A stretch of DNA of 64,000 nucleotides from Mobula hypostoma (taxonomy: Eukaryota), in contig NC_086106.1 of NCBI RefSeq assembly GCF_963921235.1, positions 36,704,001 to 36,768,000 on the forward strand, given 5' to 3'. A program made the translations under genes and the position numbers. Under the pieces are notes generated by a model. The model saw nothing but the letters and a program-made list of their open reading frames with translations. It did no database searches and was not told the origin of the DNA. Below are positions 63,632 through 64,000 of the stretch, piece by piece (position 1 is the first letter of the stretch; each line of letters opens with the position of its first letter).

Positions 63632-64000
63632 AAGGTGAGTTTGCCTTCTAGATCAGTTCTGATTTTTCATGCATCCGCTCACAAATAGGCTACGCGTGTT
63701 CCTATCTGTATATCTTTCTCGGATGTAGTCTTTCTGATTCGTGGAACTAACCTTTGCTGACAGATATCGACGGTCTGTTACTCATTGTGGCTGGCAAAAA
63801 CACTCTCATTGCCAATGAAGCGCGCTGGACACCTTGGGTTCATCGTGATGGAGAGACGCACGGACCTTTTTCTGAATTCAATTATCTTAAAAGAAAAGAA
63901 GAACTCTCCCGGGGACTCACAGCATTGTCATAGAAATAATAGTTTCCCAAGCAGGAATATGGTGGATGAAAGCTGACCGTCATAAGGGATCAGCCATTTA

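Overview
Eukaryotic, repeat-rich vertebrate DNA, most likely an elasmobranch (shark or ray), judged from the CR1, Rex1, Penelope and V-SINE content and the receptor type. The window holds a segmentally duplicated cluster of five class A GPCR loci of the GPR139/GPR142-like type, in two subtypes: A on the minus strand and B on the plus strand. Each complete gene has a TATA box, a 70-nt coding exon 1, a phase-1 intron inside TM1 and a ~0.9-kb exon 2. A3 (58515-56206, 322 aa) and B2 (62442-63631, 328 aa) are intact and form a head-to-head pair about 3.9 kb apart. A2 has an 11-bp TM7 deletion and a decayed TATA box. A1 has a Cys-to-TGA stop and has lost exon 1. B1 has an open exon 2 that is ~98.5% identical to B2 but has lost exon 1 and its promoter. 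Paralog differences cluster on the extracellular, ligand-facing side, and the coding exons look homogenised by gene conversion, as expected for a rapidly evolving receptor repertoire. The rest is layered transposons: CR1 LINEs of several ages, Rex1/Babar, an L1 3' end, an IR-DR Tc1, a mariner remnant, a Penelope-like element with a hammerhead ribozyme, a probable Helitron, LTR-like elements and SINEs. Several of these can be dated against empty sites in sister duplicates.
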